Counted from the first letter of the stretch, positions 1 through 10,358 are shown. The stretch is 64,000 nt of DNA from Bdellovibrionales bacterium (GCA_965217115.1 OZ244239.1:1312001-1376000), one strand, 5' to 3'. The notes: a model not told the origin generated them from the letters alone. Numbers and translations are program-made.

Positions 1-639
1 GGGAAGGCTTAGAACGAGGCTACTGTCTTCGCGCTTGAAAATAGGGTGTTCTTGAATTTTTATGACAACATAGAGATCTCCGTTTGGGCCATTATTGACG
101 CTAGAGTCCCCTTCGTTAGCAAGTTTAAGCTTTTGATCTTTTTTGACTCCTGCGGGCACTTTGACAGAGAGGCGTGTTGTGTCGTTGCGATTGTTTTTAA
201 AGGCAATCTCTTTTTCACACCCTGAAGCGACCTCTTCGAGTGTGATTGTTAATGTGTAGCGTAAATCGGAGCCTTTGCGCGGGCGTGATTGGCGAGAATT
301 TCTTTTGCCGCTACCAAAAACATCACCGAAGAGGTCTCCAAAAATATCCTGTGGATTAAAGTCTTGGTCAAAAGGACTTTGTCTGCCACGGAATCCTCCT
401 CCGCTAAAACCTTGTTGTGCCCCAGCATGACCAAACTGATCGTACGTTTGCCTCTTCTGAGGGTTGCTGAGAACATCGTAAGCCCCTGTAATTTCTTTAA
501 ATTTTTCCTCAGCTTGTTTATTATTTGGGTTTTTATCAGGATGATATTTCATTGCGAGCTTGCGATAGGCTTTTTTAAGTTCATCGGGAGAGGCCGAGCG
601 ACTGACATTTAGAGTGGTGTAGTAATCTTGTTGTGACAT
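1..639 (-). CDS. DnaJ-class co-chaperone without zinc finger (CbpA/class II type), 3' end truncated by window edge
   Basis: Not in ORF track. Manual translation from ATG at 639 gives [12 protein letters not shown]...[15 protein letters not shown] (J-domain HPD), then a G/F-rich linker, KGSDLRY and GDLYV. No CxxCxGxG repeats. Lies directly downstream of grpE. Confidence 0.9.
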   Translation of the reverse strand, partial: MSQQDYYTTLNVSRSASPDELKKAYRKLAMKYHPDKNPNNKQAEEKFKEITGAYDVLSNPQKRQTYDQFGHAGAQQGFSGGGFRGRQSPFDQDFNPQDIFGDLFGDVFGSGKRNSRQSRPRKGSDLRYTLTITLEEVASGCEKEIAFKNNRNDTTRLSVKVPAGVKKDQKLKLANEGDSSVNNGPNGDLYVVIKIQEHPIFKREDSSLVLSLP

Positions 640-644
640 ATAGA

Positions 645-1250
645 TTAAGACTTGGCCTTAGCAACAACGACTTGTGCTGGACGAATGACCTTGCCGTGCA
701 TTTTATAGGGTTTTTTTAGAACACGAAGAATGTGGCCAGGGGCTATCTGGTCTGTTTCCTCGCTACTAAGGGCTTCATGTTGTGTGGGGTCAAAGGGAGT
801 CCCTTGGCACAATATTTCTTCTACTCCATGCTTTTCTAGGGAGCACCTTAGATTTTTTGCAGTCATTTCGATTCCTTTTTTGAAGTCTTCCCAGCTATCG
901 TTTTGCACCTTGGCTTCAAGGGCACGGTCAAAATTATCAACCACTTCGAGCAGATCATTGATGAGATTTTTAGCTCCAAATTTAATGAGTTCAGAACGCT
1001 CTTTAATGGTGTTTCTTTTGTAATTATCAAACTCAGCCTTAAGGTAGAGGTAGGCATCTTGGGATTTAGAGAGGCTTTCAGAGAGAGTTTCTTCGGTCTT
1101 CTCTATTGCTTTTTTTTGAGATTTACCATCAATCTTGTCGTTGGCGGCACTGTCAGTGATATTATCAGAGGCACTTTTGCTTGTTTGCTCTTTGACAGAA
1201 GAGGGCGTCGCCTTGGCTAATTGTTCAGAATTACTCGAATCTTCATTCAT
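645..1250 (-). CDS. grpE: Nucleotide exchange factor GrpE
   Basis: [16 protein letters not shown] and VIRPAQVVV motifs. ATG at 1250 is preceded by GGAG. Confidence 0.95.
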   Translation of the reverse strand: MNEDSSNSEQLAKATPSSVKEQTSKSASDNITDSAANDKIDGKSQKKAIEKTEETLSESLSKSQDAYLYLKAEFDNYKRNTIKERSELIKFGAKNLINDLLEVVDNFDRALEAKVQNDSWEDFKKGIEMTAKNLRCSLEKHGVEEILCQGTPFDPTQHEALSSEETDQIAPGHILRVLKKPYKMHGKVIRPAQVVVAKAKS

Positions 1251-1325
1251 AAAGAGCTCCTTATACACAAGAGGAAGTATGTTTCTTTTCTTGAAAATGT
1301 CAATGTGAGCCAAAGAAAAAACAAG

Positions 1326-2162
1326 CTAAAAAGAAGTATTTAAAATATGTGAAATAATGGTTTTTCCAGCTAAATCTTTATGTTTCTCAACTCGAAAGAC
1401 AAAACAAATTTTATCTTTAAAGAAAATTTGCTCATCTACAATAGATAGGTTCTTGTATTGTTTGGCGACTCTCTCTGGCAAAATACCAGTGCCATAGCCG
1501 ATGGAGGTGAGTTTAGCGATAACCTCCAAGTTTCCAGAGGTCAGTTGATGCTTGAATTTGTGTTGAGATTTTTGCAATTTCTTAAGAATAGAGTTGGATT
1601 GGATGAGCTCAGAGTCATAGATAAGCCGTGAGGATTTTTTCTTTGAGTGGCTAAAAAGAGCGACTCGGTCTTGGCAGAGTTCTTTTATTATTAAGTCAGG
1701 ATGTTTTTTGGGGTTCACGATGATGCCAAAATCTAACTCCCAGTTAATAACTTTTTTAGTGATCTCCCTGGAGAGACCGTGTTCAAGGTTAAATTCTAGA
1801 TTCGGAAAGCTTCTATCTAGTTCAGGTAAAAAATGTTCAAGAGTGTAAAGAGCGACAGAGGGGTGAACGCCTAAGGAGTATTTTCCCACAACAGCCCCCT
1901 TTTCGTTGCTGACAAGCGCTTTTATTTCTCCCCATTCAAAGAGAAGAGCCCGCCCCCGTTGAGCAAAAGACTCACCTAACTTTGTTAATTGCACTCCATT
2001 TTTAAGTCTAATTAATAGAGGCCCCCCCAGTTCCCTTTCAAGGCGCTTAACTGAGTAGCTCAAAGCTGGCTGAGTGATTCCAGCCAACTCAGAGGCGCGA
2101 GTGATGTTCAGAGTCTCTGAAACAAAGAGAAAATATTTTATATCTTCTAGAACAACAGACAT
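1326..2162 (-). CDS. LysR-family transcriptional regulator
   Basis: N-terminal HTH (NITRASELAGITQPALSYSVKRLE) plus LysR substrate-binding domain. Confidence 0.95.
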   Translation of the reverse strand: MSVVLEDIKYFLFVSETLNITRASELAGITQPALSYSVKRLERELGGPLLIRLKNGVQLTKLGESFAQRGRALLFEWGEIKALVSNEKGAVVGKYSLGVHPSVALYTLEHFLPELDRSFPNLEFNLEHGLSREITKKVINWELDFGIIVNPKKHPDLIIKELCQDRVALFSHSKKKSSRLIYDSELIQSNSILKKLQKSQHKFKHQLTSGNLEVIAKLTSIGYGTGILPERVAKQYKNLSIVDEQIFFKDKICFVFRVEKHKDLAGKTIISHILNTSF

Positions 2163-2206
2163 AAGAGAATTGTATCACAGAGATTCAAAATAAACATTTT
2201 ATTTAT
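2163..2206 (-). promoter_or_regulatory. Putative leaderless lysR promoter and AT-rich dyad (possible LysR box)
   Basis: Minus strand reads TG-A-TACAAT-N6-ATG. Dyad ATAAA-N7-TTTAT at 2190-2206. Confidence 0.45.
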
Positions 2207-2422
2207 TTTTATTTTAGGAGCATAACTACTGCTGTGGGGGAGAGGAGATGGGTGTGTAAAAAAGATAATATCTAAAGTGTGGGTCGCTAAAGGTGGGCGA
2301 TGCCCAGAGATTGATTTGTTTAGAAATAAAAAAACAGATAGAAAGCTGTTTTTACTCGTCAAAAACGAGGCGTGTCATTTTGTAATTTATGTCATTCTAT
2401 AATTTAACTGTGGAGAGGTGAA

Positions 2423-3214
2423 ATGTCTGAAAAAAGTGATTTAAACCGAAGAAGTTTTTTTAAAACAGGACTTGGTGTTGCAGGGGCATTTATCGCCAGT
2501 AGGGCCTTGGCTGAAACATGTAGATCAGTGACAAGTGAGCAGCCGTTAGGGCCTTTTTTCCCTAATGCAGGAACACCTCAAGATCCTATCAGGGAAAATA
2601 ATGATCAAGGAATTCCGATACACCTTGCTAATGATAATGATTTAACTTTTATCAAAGGACGTGGAGGTCAAGCAAAGGGGCAGGTGGTTTACATTAAAGG
2701 GCTTTTGACAGATGAAGCCTGTGAACCCATTTCCAATGGAACGATTGTTATTTGGCAAGCATCGTCAAGCGGTCGCTACAACCACAGAGGGGATGCTGAT
2801 AATCAAGATTTTGCCCATCCTGTGACGGGAAAAATAATAAAAAGAGTCTTGGATCCTTCGTTTCAGTATTGGGGACAAGCGGTAACAAATGAGAGAGGAG
2901 AGTATCGGTTTAAAACAATTATCCCTGGGTTTTACCCCGCGGATTTACAGAACAAATGGTATCGTCCTCCACATATTCATTTTCTTGCATCTGCTACGGG
3001 ACAGCCTCAATTTGTGACTCAAATGTATTTCAAGGGTCAGGATATTGAGGAAAATGATTGGATTCAGGAACTCAATAGGAGAGATTTTTTGTTGCAAAAC
3101 TCTAGAATGAGTACAGCAGAAAAAGAAGCTCTTGTTATTGATTTTAAAAGAGACACGAGTGGAAAGATAACAGATGGCTTGGTGGGGCGATTTGACATTA
3201 CTTTACCGAGATAA
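2423..3214 (+). CDS. Intradiol ring-cleavage dioxygenase (protocatechuate 3,4-dioxygenase-like) with Tat signal
   Basis: GPFF, WQA..GRY, TIIPGFY and RPPHIH supply the Tyr/Tyr/His/His iron ligands. N-terminal NRRSFFK twin-arginine motif ends in ALA. Confidence 0.85.
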   Translation: MSEKSDLNRRSFFKTGLGVAGAFIASRALAETCRSVTSEQPLGPFFPNAGTPQDPIRENNDQGIPIHLANDNDLTFIKGRGGQAKGQVVYIKGLLTDEACEPISNGTIVIWQASSSGRYNHRGDADNQDFAHPVTGKIIKRVLDPSFQYWGQAVTNERGEYRFKTIIPGFYPADLQNKWYRPPHIHFLASATGQPQFVTQMYFKGQDIEENDWIQELNRRDFLLQNSRMSTAEKEALVIDFKRDTSGKITDGLVGRFDITLPR

Positions 3215-3330
3215 TCAGAAAAAACTGATAATTTAAATGAAAAAATTACAAAGAGACTAGAGATTGGATTTAGATTTTTTTAATTAGACAATTAATATAA
3301 TTAAAGAGAATGTTTTCAAAAAAGGAGAAT

Positions 3331-3912
3331 ATGATGAAAAACTTAATAAGTAGAATGGTGTTTTTAACGTTGCTTTCAGCACAAGCTTTAGCGGGATTCG
3401 CTGAGGTTGGTGACTACAAAATTGATCCTACACACACAAATGTCGGTTTTAAAGTGGGTCACTTAGGTATCAGTATAGTTGTAGGTCGCTTTAATACTGT
3501 TAGTGGAGATGTTAAACTTACTGGAGATAGAAATTCTACAATTTCAGCAAAAATAGACACGGCAAGTGTTGATACTAATAATGAGAGAAGAGATAATCAT
3601 TTGAGAAGTGGTGATTTTTTTAATTCCAATCGTTTTCCTAAAATAGAATATGTGTCCAGCAAAATGACTCTAAATGGAGATGGTGACCCAGAAACTATTG
3701 AGGGACACTTAGTCCTGCTCGGCATAAGAAAGCCTGTAAACTTAAAGGTTCAAACTCTTGGAGGCGGTTTGGGTCCCCGTGGAAAACATCGCATTGGTCT
3801 TCAAGCTAAAGGAAGGATTAGGCGTACTGATTTCGGAATGAATAAATTTCTTGTTCCAGCAGGTGATAACGTAGAGATTATACTCAATGTCGAATTAATC
3901 AAAAAAAACTAA
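3331..3912 (+). CDS. YceI-family secreted lipid/polyisoprenoid-binding protein
   Basis: YKIDPTHT, GRF, SVDTNNERRDNHLRSGDFF and RTDFG motifs; signal peptide; AGGAG before ATG at 3331. Confidence 0.9.
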   Translation: MMKNLISRMVFLTLLSAQALAGFAEVGDYKIDPTHTNVGFKVGHLGISIVVGRFNTVSGDVKLTGDRNSTISAKIDTASVDTNNERRDNHLRSGDFFNSNRFPKIEYVSSKMTLNGDGDPETIEGHLVLLGIRKPVNLKVQTLGGGLGPRGKHRIGLQAKGRIRRTDFGMNKFLVPAGDNVEIILNVELIKKN

Positions 3913-3934
3913 AAAAAAATGAGGGCCACGATTT

Positions 3935-4816
3935 ATGAAATTATCTATTGCCCTCATAAAAACAGTTAAAATAACTTTATCTCTGGCGAGCTTGATGTTC
4001 ACCGCTTGCTCGCCCACTCATGACAACCCTCTTCTAAATAAAAAATCAACATCGAGGCAAGTGCAAGAGCTATTGCAAGCCCCAGAGACGATCGTCTTTA
4101 GTGATATAAAGAGGTTAGTTTTGACAACTAGATGTTTAGATTGCCATGGCGGTCAAGAGACAAAGGCAAATGTCAATTTAGTGAGTTACGATAACTTAAC
4201 TTCAGGTTTAAATTTTAAGAAGGTGGTGATTCCGTTTGATGTAAGAAGGAGCGAATTATTAAGCACTCTGACAGCATCTGGTGATCGTAGAATGCCACCT
4301 CTAGACGAACCACAATTAACTGATGGAGAAAAGAGCCTTTTATTTGCTTGGATTAGTCATGGAGCGAAAAATATAACGCTAGCTAAGAGACCTATTACTT
4401 TAAAAGAAGAGCTTCAAAAATACTTTGAAAAACCGGAAACAATTGACTATCAGATTATTCAGAAGAAGGTTTTTAAGAATCAGTGTTTTAAATGTCATTC
4501 ACAAGAAAGCGAACTTGCTGAGGATGATGTGCTTTTGTATTCTGCTGACTTAACAAATTATCAGACAATTTTTAATTCTTTTGAACCTGTAGTTAAAAAG
4601 GGAGACATAGAAGAAAGCGCTTTATTTCGCTCAGTTGCTATTGAGCAATCTATGCCTCTAGAGAGTGAAGGCTATGAGCCTCTGGACAGCTTACTAGTCA
4701 AACTGTTGAGACTTTGGATTTTAAACTGTGCTATTGAGTCTTATGACCCTGAAGAGGAAGGTTTGATCTCTAATCCAAAGTCACCAGATAAGGTTCGCTT
4801 GTGCGAAGGACAGTAG
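3935..4816 (+). CDS. Diheme c-type cytochrome lipoprotein (two planctomycete-cytochrome-like domains)
   Basis: Lipobox FTAC; CLDCH and CFKCH, each followed by an MP(P/L) motif and a WI motif. Confidence 0.8.
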   Translation: MKLSIALIKTVKITLSLASLMFTACSPTHDNPLLNKKSTSRQVQELLQAPETIVFSDIKRLVLTTRCLDCHGGQETKANVNLVSYDNLTSGLNFKKVVIPFDVRRSELLSTLTASGDRRMPPLDEPQLTDGEKSLLFAWISHGAKNITLAKRPITLKEELQKYFEKPETIDYQIIQKKVFKNQCFKCHSQESELAEDDVLLYSADLTNYQTIFNSFEPVVKKGDIEESALFRSVAIEQSMPLESEGYEPLDSLLVKLLRLWILNCAIESYDPEEEGLISNPKSPDKVRLCEGQ

Positions 4817-4826
4817 TATTGAGAAA

Positions 4827-6386
4827 TTAGAAGTACAGATGGGTTTGTAATATTAAAGAGCTTTGTTTGTGCGTTGTGTGTTCATGTTTATCATAATTTG
4901 TCATCTCCCTATAGAAGGCAGAAAAATCAACTCCTGGAAAAATAAATGTGCGATAGCCAAGAGAATTTTGATTTGCACGACCTTCATTTAAGCTGAGTGC
5001 TGTGTCTGCTCTCTCTGCGATGAATTCAATATAGTTTTCTTTCCAGATCCGATAACGAAGTTCAAGAGTAAAAACACTTCCTTTGTTAAAAGCATCCTGA
5101 GTGAATTCCTGCTCTAAGCGAAGCATTTCAAAATTAAGGATAAAACCTTGCCACTTCATTCCACCCTGAATTGAATGGGCTAGAGTTGTAAGGTTTTTTT
5201 TGGTTGATTGATTTGCGGTATTCCAGAAAGAATAAACAAAAGAAGCCCCAAGAGTGACCCACCGAGCTCCGAGGTTAGTAATAAAACCTCTCTCTTGCAT
5301 GAAGGGCCCTTGTGATGGTTGTACGAAATGAACATTAATAAAAGGAACATTTGGGGCACTGCCAATAGAAATCGTTTTAAAGGTCGCAGAGAATGGGCTA
5401 GTTGAAAGAGCTGATCTATAGAACATAGATTGGGCAAGAGTTTCGTGATCAGGTGTGTAGTGTTCAAACATAGGTTTATAAAGACCATGCATGATGAAAG
5501 AGTTAAATGGTAAGTCATCTATAAGAACATAGGCTGACTTTGCTTTAGCTGATTGGAACTGATGTTCTGGCTCTTTGGTATTTGGTCCATTCGCATAACG
5601 AGTCTCTGAAACAAACGCAATTTTATAAAATTTAGAATGGGCAGGAAGAGGTCTGTATTCAAGCCCAACGTCAAATACCATCGGCCAGAGATCAAGATCA
5701 GTCTCGATTTTTTTATTGTTAGAAGACTTTGTTAAAGGCATATGCGCTAAATATCGAAAATCCACACCGACATTTATTTTCTTTGTACGTTTAAACATGT
5801 AAGGATCGTTAAAAGGGATTACAGACTCAAATTTTTTGGAAGATTCTACGATAGACTCCCAGTTAGTATCGCCATTTGCTCTTTCGTAATAAAACTCTTC
5901 AAAACTCATTTTTTTAAAATCAGATTCAGTGAATGTCTTTTTTTGACTTATTTCTCTTAATTGAGCCGTTTTTCTAATTGCTGTAGCGAGTTGTTTTCTT
6001 GTCTTTAGATTTTGTGGCAAGGTTTTCGTATTAGTTTTTCTTTTTTCTTGTAAAGCTTTTTTCATTTTATTTGCATGCGTTTGAGAGGTGTACCCCTGGG
6101 CAAACCATGGAAGGGGTTTTTCTTTGTTTTTGCCAACTTTAAAATAACCTGAATTAAGCCAACGATTTGAGGTCCATTTACCATAAAAATTTCTTAGACC
6201 TCCCCCGTTTGGATTTGTGTGGCAACCTTGACAGGAGAGCGTGCATCGTCTTTTTTCAGCTTTGACATTATAACGACTCGGGGAATGGCAGGCGGCGCAG
6301 TTTTGTGCGAAACGGGTTGCGAGCCAAGGCTCCGCACTGGTCGTAAATGACAAAAATAATATGATATTCGCAAACAAAACTTTCAA
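4827..6386 (-). CDS. Putative diheme cytochrome c fused to an outer-membrane beta-barrel (Cyc2-like architecture)
   Basis: Signal peptide, then CAACH and CQGCH near the N-terminus. C-terminal half has alternating beta-strands ending LILQTHLYF. TTG start at 6386 follows GGAGG (ORF is open to 6443). Confidence 0.7.
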   Translation of the reverse strand: MKVLFANIILFLSFTTSAEPWLATRFAQNCAACHSPSRYNVKAEKRRCTLSCQGCHTNPNGGGLRNFYGKWTSNRWLNSGYFKVGKNKEKPLPWFAQGYTSQTHANKMKKALQEKRKTNTKTLPQNLKTRKQLATAIRKTAQLREISQKKTFTESDFKKMSFEEFYYERANGDTNWESIVESSKKFESVIPFNDPYMFKRTKKINVGVDFRYLAHMPLTKSSNNKKIETDLDLWPMVFDVGLEYRPLPAHSKFYKIAFVSETRYANGPNTKEPEHQFQSAKAKSAYVLIDDLPFNSFIMHGLYKPMFEHYTPDHETLAQSMFYRSALSTSPFSATFKTISIGSAPNVPFINVHFVQPSQGPFMQERGFITNLGARWVTLGASFVYSFWNTANQSTKKNLTTLAHSIQGGMKWQGFILNFEMLRLEQEFTQDAFNKGSVFTLELRYRIWKENYIEFIAERADTALSLNEGRANQNSLGYRTFIFPGVDFSAFYREMTNYDKHEHTTHKQSSLILQTHLYF

Positions 6387-6402
6387 AGATCCTCCAAGTA
6401 TT

Positions 6403-7608
6403 TTAAGGGATAAGGTCATTTCTAAAAAAGGTAAGCTCTTCAAAGACTTGGTTACTGAGATTTTTTCCTTGAGAACTTAAAGACCAATTCTTTGCTTCAG
6501 CAGAGACGAGCCCTTGTTCGACGAGTTTTTTAAGACGTCTTTTTGTTTCTAAAAAAGCGGGTTTTGAGAATTTTTTTTCAAGAGAGTCGTCTCTAAGGCC
6601 TGTATTCATGCGCAAGGATGTGTGGCAGTAGTCAGTGAGGCACTCGTGGAGTGTGAGATTTTCAATCAGAGAATTTGGGCGCAGAGAGGAGATTGTTTGG
6701 GGTTCGGCTTTTAATGAAGAGAGCCATTTTTCATACTGAGGAAAAGTGACGGGGTTTGAGAAGCGGAGCCCCCAAGAGTTTTCTTGTGGAATGAGGTGTA
6801 TAGGAGTCTCTTTTGGAAAGTAGGAATGGGCACTCATGCCAAGCCCCCAATAGGCGTGATCTTTCCAATAAATTTGATTGTGTTTTGATTCCTGATTTTT
6901 CAAGGCATAGTTGGAGAGTTCATAACGCTGAAGCCCAGAGAGTTTTAGCTTTTCTTCAATAAGCTGGAACATCTCGATTTGCTCTTGATCGGAGGCGCGT
7001 CCCTTCATAAGAAAATGGTTTTCAGGAATGGTGAGGTTGTAAGCGCTCATATGAGAGGGATTGTAGGATAAAAAATGTTCTAAATCGGCCTCTAACATAG
7101 ACAAATTTTGCCGTGGAAGACCAAATAGAATGTCAGCAGAAAAAAGAGTTCCGTGTTCTTTTAAGTAGCTTAAAGTTTCATGGGAGTTTTGGACGGAGTG
7201 TTTACGCTTGGTTTGCTTTAAGAGTTCCTCGTCAAAGGTCTGGACGCCAACGCTAAAACGATTGAAGCCTGCGGTTTTAAGAAGATCAATTTCTTGGGAT
7301 AAAACCGTTCCAGGGTTGATTTCTAGAGTGATTTCGATATTTGGAGAAAAAATAAAACCGTTGTCTTGTAGTAATTTTAAAAGGGATACTAAGAGATAGT
7401 TGGGAACAAGGCTTGGGGTTCCTCCACCAAAGTAAATAGAGTCAATTTTAGTGAATGGTATGGTAGGACGGTAAGCTAAAAATTCTTGTTTAAGAAGTTG
7501 AACATATTTAAGGATATGGTCTTTATCGTTATTTTGTATGGTTGCGAAGTCACAATAGGAACACTGCTGTAGGCAATGTGGAATATGAATATAGAGACCA
7601 AACTTCAT
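6403..7608 (-). CDS. hemW: Radical SAM heme chaperone HemW (HemN-like)
   Basis: LYIHIPHCLQQCSYCDF, YFGGGTPS, YELSNY and HNQIYW motifs. Confidence 0.9.
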   Translation of the reverse strand: MKFGLYIHIPHCLQQCSYCDFATIQNNDKDHILKYVQLLKQEFLAYRPTIPFTKIDSIYFGGGTPSLVPNYLLVSLLKLLQDNGFIFSPNIEITLEINPGTVLSQEIDLLKTAGFNRFSVGVQTFDEELLKQTKRKHSVQNSHETLSYLKEHGTLFSADILFGLPRQNLSMLEADLEHFLSYNPSHMSAYNLTIPENHFLMKGRASDQEQIEMFQLIEEKLKLSGLQRYELSNYALKNQESKHNQIYWKDHAYWGLGMSAHSYFPKETPIHLIPQENSWGLRFSNPVTFPQYEKWLSSLKAEPQTISSLRPNSLIENLTLHECLTDYCHTSLRMNTGLRDDSLEKKFSKPAFLETKRRLKKLVEQGLVSAEAKNWSLSSQGKNLSNQVFEELTFFRNDLIP

Positions 7609-7624
7609 AGGAGTAAGTTATTTT

Positions 7625-10231
7625 ATGTCAGTTAAATATCAACTAAAAAATGGAATGGATGTCATATTAGTAGAAAATCACAAATCTCCCGTTGTATCTG
7701 TACAAATGTGGATAAAAACAGGAAGCGCTGATGAACCGAAGCATCTCGCGGGAGTGAGTCACTTTATAGAACACTTGGTTTTTAAAGGCACAGAAAAATT
7801 TGGTGTTGGCGAGATTGCCTCCTGCGTAGAGGGTTCAGGGGGGGAGTTAAATGCCTATACATCGTTTGATCAAACGGTTTTTCACGTTACGATATCTAAG
7901 GAGTTTCAAAGCACTGGTTTAGAGGTTATTTCGCAAATGATGGGCTTCCCTTCATTCGATAAAAAAGAAATTAATAATGAGAGAGAGGTTGTGATTGAAG
8001 AGATAAAAAGAGGGCAGGACAGTCTTGGCAATCAAGCAAGCCAATTATTGTTCTCTACTCTCTTTAAAAATCACCCCTACGGAAGTCCCGTGATTGGTTT
8101 TGAAGAAATTATTCGTAATCTGAGTCGAGAAGAAATCGTACAGTACTTTGAAGAACGTTATGTGCCAGAGAATATGTTCTTATTGGTTACAGGAGATTTT
8201 GATCGTCAGGAAATGAAGCAGCTTATTAGAAGTAAATTTGAATGCTTTAAAAAGAAAAAATTAAAAAAGAGCCTAAAAACGCGTGCCCCAAAGTACACAT
8301 CTCCACAAATAAGAGTGAAAGAATCAAGTTTTGAGGACTCTATTGCTTATTTGTCATGGCCCGCCCCGGCAGTGAATCACGAAGACATTCCTGCGTTGGA
8401 TGTCTTATCAATGATTTTAGGGCAAGGTGAGAGTTCTCGTTTGGTCAGAGCGATGACAATTGATGAACGATTATTACAAGGAGTGGGAGCAAGCGCCTAC
8501 ACCCCCCGAAGAGCGGGGCTTTTTGCGATCTCTTTGGTTTTACACTTAGATCAACTAGAGAGAGCTTTACAGGTTTGTGGAGAAAAAATATTAGAAATCA
8601 TAAAAACTCCACCCTCTCAGGATGAGCTTAAACGGGCAATTGTAAATATGGAGGTGGGAGAACTTTTTTCTCTGGAGACTGTGGATGGCATTGCAAGAAA
8701 GACAGGGGAATTGGAGTTTTTATTAGGAGATTACAAGTATTTTAAAAAATACATAAAACAGGTTAGAAGTTTAACTTCAGATCGTATTTCAGAGGTGGCA
8801 AGGAAGTACTTAAAACCCCAGTTTTTCCACGGAATTATGCTGTCTAGTGAAAAACCTCAAAAAGCGGAAAAGACACTGAAGTCTTGGCAAAAAAAGTACT
8901 CTGAGGAGTTTAAAAAGATTAAAAAGCCACAAGAAAAACAAAATAAAAAACTTCGTTTAAAGAAAAATGACTTTGATTTAAACAAGGTAAGTAAGAAAAG
9001 AGGCCACATAAAAGTTTCTCGATATAAACAAGGACATAAAGGAGTTTTTTTTCAGAGCAATGAGACGCCGATTGTCTCTATTAAAGCGGCTTTTTTAGGG
9101 GGAAGCCGAGATGAGCCAGAAGGGAAAGAGGGGCTTTCGGAGGTTTTTTCCCGTTTATTAGGGGGAGGGACCGAATTAAGAAATGAAAATGAAATCTACA
9201 AGGATATTGAAAACCTAGGGGCGCATCTATCGTCTTTTTCTGGAAGAAACACGACAGGGCTTTCGTTGAATGTTGTGAATCGTTTTGAAAAAGAAGGCAC
9301 AGAGGTTTTTAGTGAGATACTTTCCATTCCTGTTTTTGATGAAAAGATCTTGTTAAGAGAAAAAGAAGCTCTTGTTGAACAAATTAAATCTAGCAATGAC
9401 AATTCAGGGCAAAGAGCAATTCGTCAATTCCATGAAGGTCTTTTTGAAACCCATCCTTATGCAAAGGACCCACAGGGGTCTATTGAGTCGGTGATGTCTA
9501 TTCATAAAAAGGATATTGAAGATTTCTGGTCAAAAATCGCACAGAGGAAGAATTTTACGTTTTCTCTTGCTGGTCCATATAATAAAGACTTTTCTTTAAA
9601 GGCCCTTAATAAAGTTTCTAAATCATTAGGTGGTGGGAAAAAAATTCAGAAAAAGTATTTATTCACTGGGCCAAAAGAAAATAAAATGATCTACAGTCAA
9701 GCTGATAAAGAACAGAGCCATATCGTTATAGGGTATAAGGGGCTTAATTTTAAATCGAAAAGAGTTTATGACTTACAAGTTATCCAGGCTGTTTTAGCAG
9801 GGCAGGGCGGACGACTGTTTCTTGAGTTAAGGGATAAAGAGTCCCTTGCTTATACGGTCACACCGATGCATATGGAAGGGATCGATGGTGGTTATTTTGG
9901 GGCTTACATAGGCTGCTCCCCCGAAAAAGCTAAGAAAGCGGTGAAGATGTTAAGAATTGAATTTAGAAAACTAATGGAAGAGCAGATTTCTGAGGAAGAG
10001 TTAAATAGGGCTAAGAGATACCTCATTGGCCGCCATGGGATAAGTTTACAGAGAATGTCATCTGTTTGTGGATCGATGTTGTTCAATGAGATTTATGACC
10101 TACCGGCTCGTGAGGTGTTTGACTACTCCATGAAGGTGTCTGAAGTGAGTTCAAAATCAATTCACAAGCTATGTCAGAAGATATTTGATCAACCTGAAAT
10201 TTTAAGTCTGGTTGGTCCGAGAGAAATATAG
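7625..10231 (+). CDS. M16 (pitrilysin/insulinase) zinc protease, two-module
   Basis: HFIEH inverzincin motif and NAYTS in the first half; the second half is a non-catalytic M16 repeat. Confidence 0.93.
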   Translation: MSVKYQLKNGMDVILVENHKSPVVSVQMWIKTGSADEPKHLAGVSHFIEHLVFKGTEKFGVGEIASCVEGSGGELNAYTSFDQTVFHVTISKEFQSTGLEVISQMMGFPSFDKKEINNEREVVIEEIKRGQDSLGNQASQLLFSTLFKNHPYGSPVIGFEEIIRNLSREEIVQYFEERYVPENMFLLVTGDFDRQEMKQLIRSKFECFKKKKLKKSLKTRAPKYTSPQIRVKESSFEDSIAYLSWPAPAVNHEDIPALDVLSMILGQGESSRLVRAMTIDERLLQGVGASAYTPRRAGLFAISLVLHLDQLERALQVCGEKILEIIKTPPSQDELKRAIVNMEVGELFSLETVDGIARKTGELEFLLGDYKYFKKYIKQVRSLTSDRISEVARKYLKPQFFHGIMLSSEKPQKAEKTLKSWQKKYSEEFKKIKKPQEKQNKKLRLKKNDFDLNKVSKKRGHIKVSRYKQGHKGVFFQSNETPIVSIKAAFLGGSRDEPEGKEGLSEVFSRLLGGGTELRNENEIYKDIENLGAHLSSFSGRNTTGLSLNVVNRFEKEGTEVFSEILSIPVFDEKILLREKEALVEQIKSSNDNSGQRAIRQFHEGLFETHPYAKDPQGSIESVMSIHKKDIEDFWSKIAQRKNFTFSLAGPYNKDFSLKALNKVSKSLGGGKKIQKKYLFTGPKENKMIYSQADKEQSHIVIGYKGLNFKSKRVYDLQVIQAVLAGQGGRLFLELRDKESLAYTVTPMHMEGIDGGYFGAYIGCSPEKAKKAVKMLRIEFRKLMEEQISEEELNRAKRYLIGRHGISLQRMSSVCGSMLFNEIYDLPAREVFDYSMKVSEVSSKSIHKLCQKIFDQPEILSLVGPREI

Positions 10232-10358
10232 AGAATACATGCTTTATTTGTCTTAAATCAGGACGTTAGGCGAGAAAAACGAAATTTGGCAATGGGAAGA
10301 CCGACCTTTCTGATAAAATTATAAGCGTGGGGTAATTGGCTTAGCTATTAAAGGCGTT

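Noticed and set aside
249..612. ORFs 249-476 (-) and 289-612 (+)
   Set aside because: Shadow frames of the DnaJ-like gene at 1-639.
2147..2362. 71-aa ORF upstream of lysR
   Set aside because: Overlaps the lysR start and promoter, with no RBS or recognisable motif.
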